Source of the DNA: Balanoglossus misakiensis
Lineage: Eukaryota; Animalia; Hemichordata
Assembly (NCBI GenBank): GCA_040954595.2
Contig: CM082597.2
Coordinates: 1,532,886-1,596,885, forward strand
Length of the DNA: 64,000 bases
Direction: 5' to 3'
Shown: positions 63,803 to 64,000 of the stretch, piece by piece
Layout of the letters: every line of letters begins with the position of its first letter
How positions within the stretch are numbered: position 1 is the stretch's first letter
The notes under the pieces: generated by a model
Databases searched by the model: none
Seen by the model: only the letters and a program-made list of their open reading frames with translations
What the model was told of the DNA's origin: nothing
Translations under genes and position numbers: made by a program

Positions 63803-64000
63803 GTATGTCACAAACGACTTTATTTATGTACAGTTATTAACACCTTGTCTACTTCAAAATGATTGTTAACTTTTCATTCAGAATCTTATATACATTTCTA
63901 CACTGGCGCACACACCCGTGCACAAATGAAAGAACATCTAGAGCATCAGCTGTGTCACGTGTGTGCTTTCTGAAGCCTGATGGACTCCGGTGATGGATAA

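Overview
This is AT-rich, intron-rich animal genomic DNA with a standard genetic code and GT/GC-AG introns. Gene content and intron style suggest a marine invertebrate, possibly a deuterostome such as a hemichordate (inference). I can reconstruct eight spliced genes by hand: POLR2H/RPB8 (+), HOATZ (-), two tandem secreted LDLa+CAP(SCP/GAPR-1-like) paralogs (-), MRE11 (-) head-to-head with MEGF8 (+), an MS4A/CD20-like four-TM gene (+), and the 5' part of a secreted Ly6/uPAR (three-finger)+TSP1 gene (+) that runs off the window. Non-coding structure includes a 2.8-kb higher-order satellite with perfect 31-bp palindromes and Pol III A/B-box-like motifs, several MITE families (TA-, TTAA- and 8-bp-TSD types), a 46-bp minisatellite, and a decayed antisense transposase-like relic in POLR2H intron 2. 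The most unusual items are the LU-TSP1 protein with a furin-excisable acidic peptide between SKSG repeats inside its TSP1 domain, the LDLa-CAP gene pair, and the satellite. Most entries in the ORF track are intron noise or partial exons. No database searches were run; family assignments come from recognised motifs.
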